Below are positions 63,656 to 64,000 of a stretch of 64,000 bases of DNA, in pieces. The DNA comes from a virus. The position numbers were made by a program, and so were the translations under genes. The first letter of the stretch is position 1, and every line of letters begins with the position of its first letter. The stretch spans positions 1 to 64,000 of the IMG/VR virus record IMGVR_UViG_3300009149_000011; one strand, written 5' to 3'. Under the pieces are notes generated by a model. The model saw only the letters and a list, made by a program, of their open reading frames with translations, ran no database searches and was not told where the DNA came from.

Positions 63656-63733
63656 AGCTCCTGGAAGGGATCGAACCTCCGAACTTTCTAAACCTTGCGG
63701 GGTTTAGCGCTTATACCAACCAGCCACAGGAGC
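63656..63733 (-). tRNA. atypical tRNA, extended anticodon arm with loop CCGCAA
   Basis: CTAAACC CCGCAA GGTTTAG; U73. Confidence 0.6.
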
Positions 63734-63739
63734 ATTTTG

Positions 63740-63812
63740 AGCGAAGGGGTAGAATCGAACTACCGTACTATAGGTTTGCGGACCTATCGCCTAACCACTC
63801 GGCAACCTTCGC
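63740..63812 (-). tRNA. Cys-like tRNA with 8-nt anticodon loop TCCGCAAA
   Basis: ATAGG TCCGCAAA CCTAT; U73. Confidence 0.68.
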
Positions 63813-64000
63813 TTATAGGGTTCTTATTTATAGAACCCTAGCTTTTCTGCTTTAAAAGCTACTCTCGCAGCTTCAGTTTTCGCAAGAAGATCTTTATACT
63901 CTTTTCTCAAAGAATCAATCTTTTGCTCTTTTTTAGATTTCTCAACATAGATCTTATCCATATCTTGAACTCTTGTCTTTAGGAAGTGAAGAAGTATGTT

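Noticed and set aside
1-64000. Genome-wide TAG or TGA reassignment
   Set aside because: Standard code gives dense, complete genes, and recognisable proteins end correctly at TAG and TGA. Only one in-frame TAG was found. Regions outside the window are untested.

Overview
A 64-kb, AT-rich segment of a large tailed-phage genome, with nearly all genes on the minus strand. The host is probably Bacteroidota (T9SS sorting-domain protein, TAnnTTTG promoters, GTTCTTTGACAT boxA, tmRNA tag starting GE). No capsid, terminase or replication core genes are in the window. It carries accessory genes (WGR-PARP, heptosyltransferase, M42 peptidase, ABC/OmpA/PspA operon, Nudix, LOG, guanylate kinase, homing nucleases) and a large translation-control toolkit. 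That toolkit includes about 35 tRNA and tRNA-like genes in four clusters, a circularly permuted two-piece tmRNA, a ~215-nt minimal RNase P RNA, an amber suppressor tRNA, and a short RF1 interrupted by a prfB-like +1 frameshift site that uses UAG (CTT-TAG-C). The best candidate for an undescribed system is a pair of leader-peptide transcription attenuators in front of two tRNA operons. In each, the leader codons match the tRNAs downstream (I/R/G/Q/V for one, A/N/Y/P/D for the other). The left end holds an integron-like attC cassette array whose genes run antisense. All RNA structures were derived by eye, not computed, and novelty could not be checked against databases.
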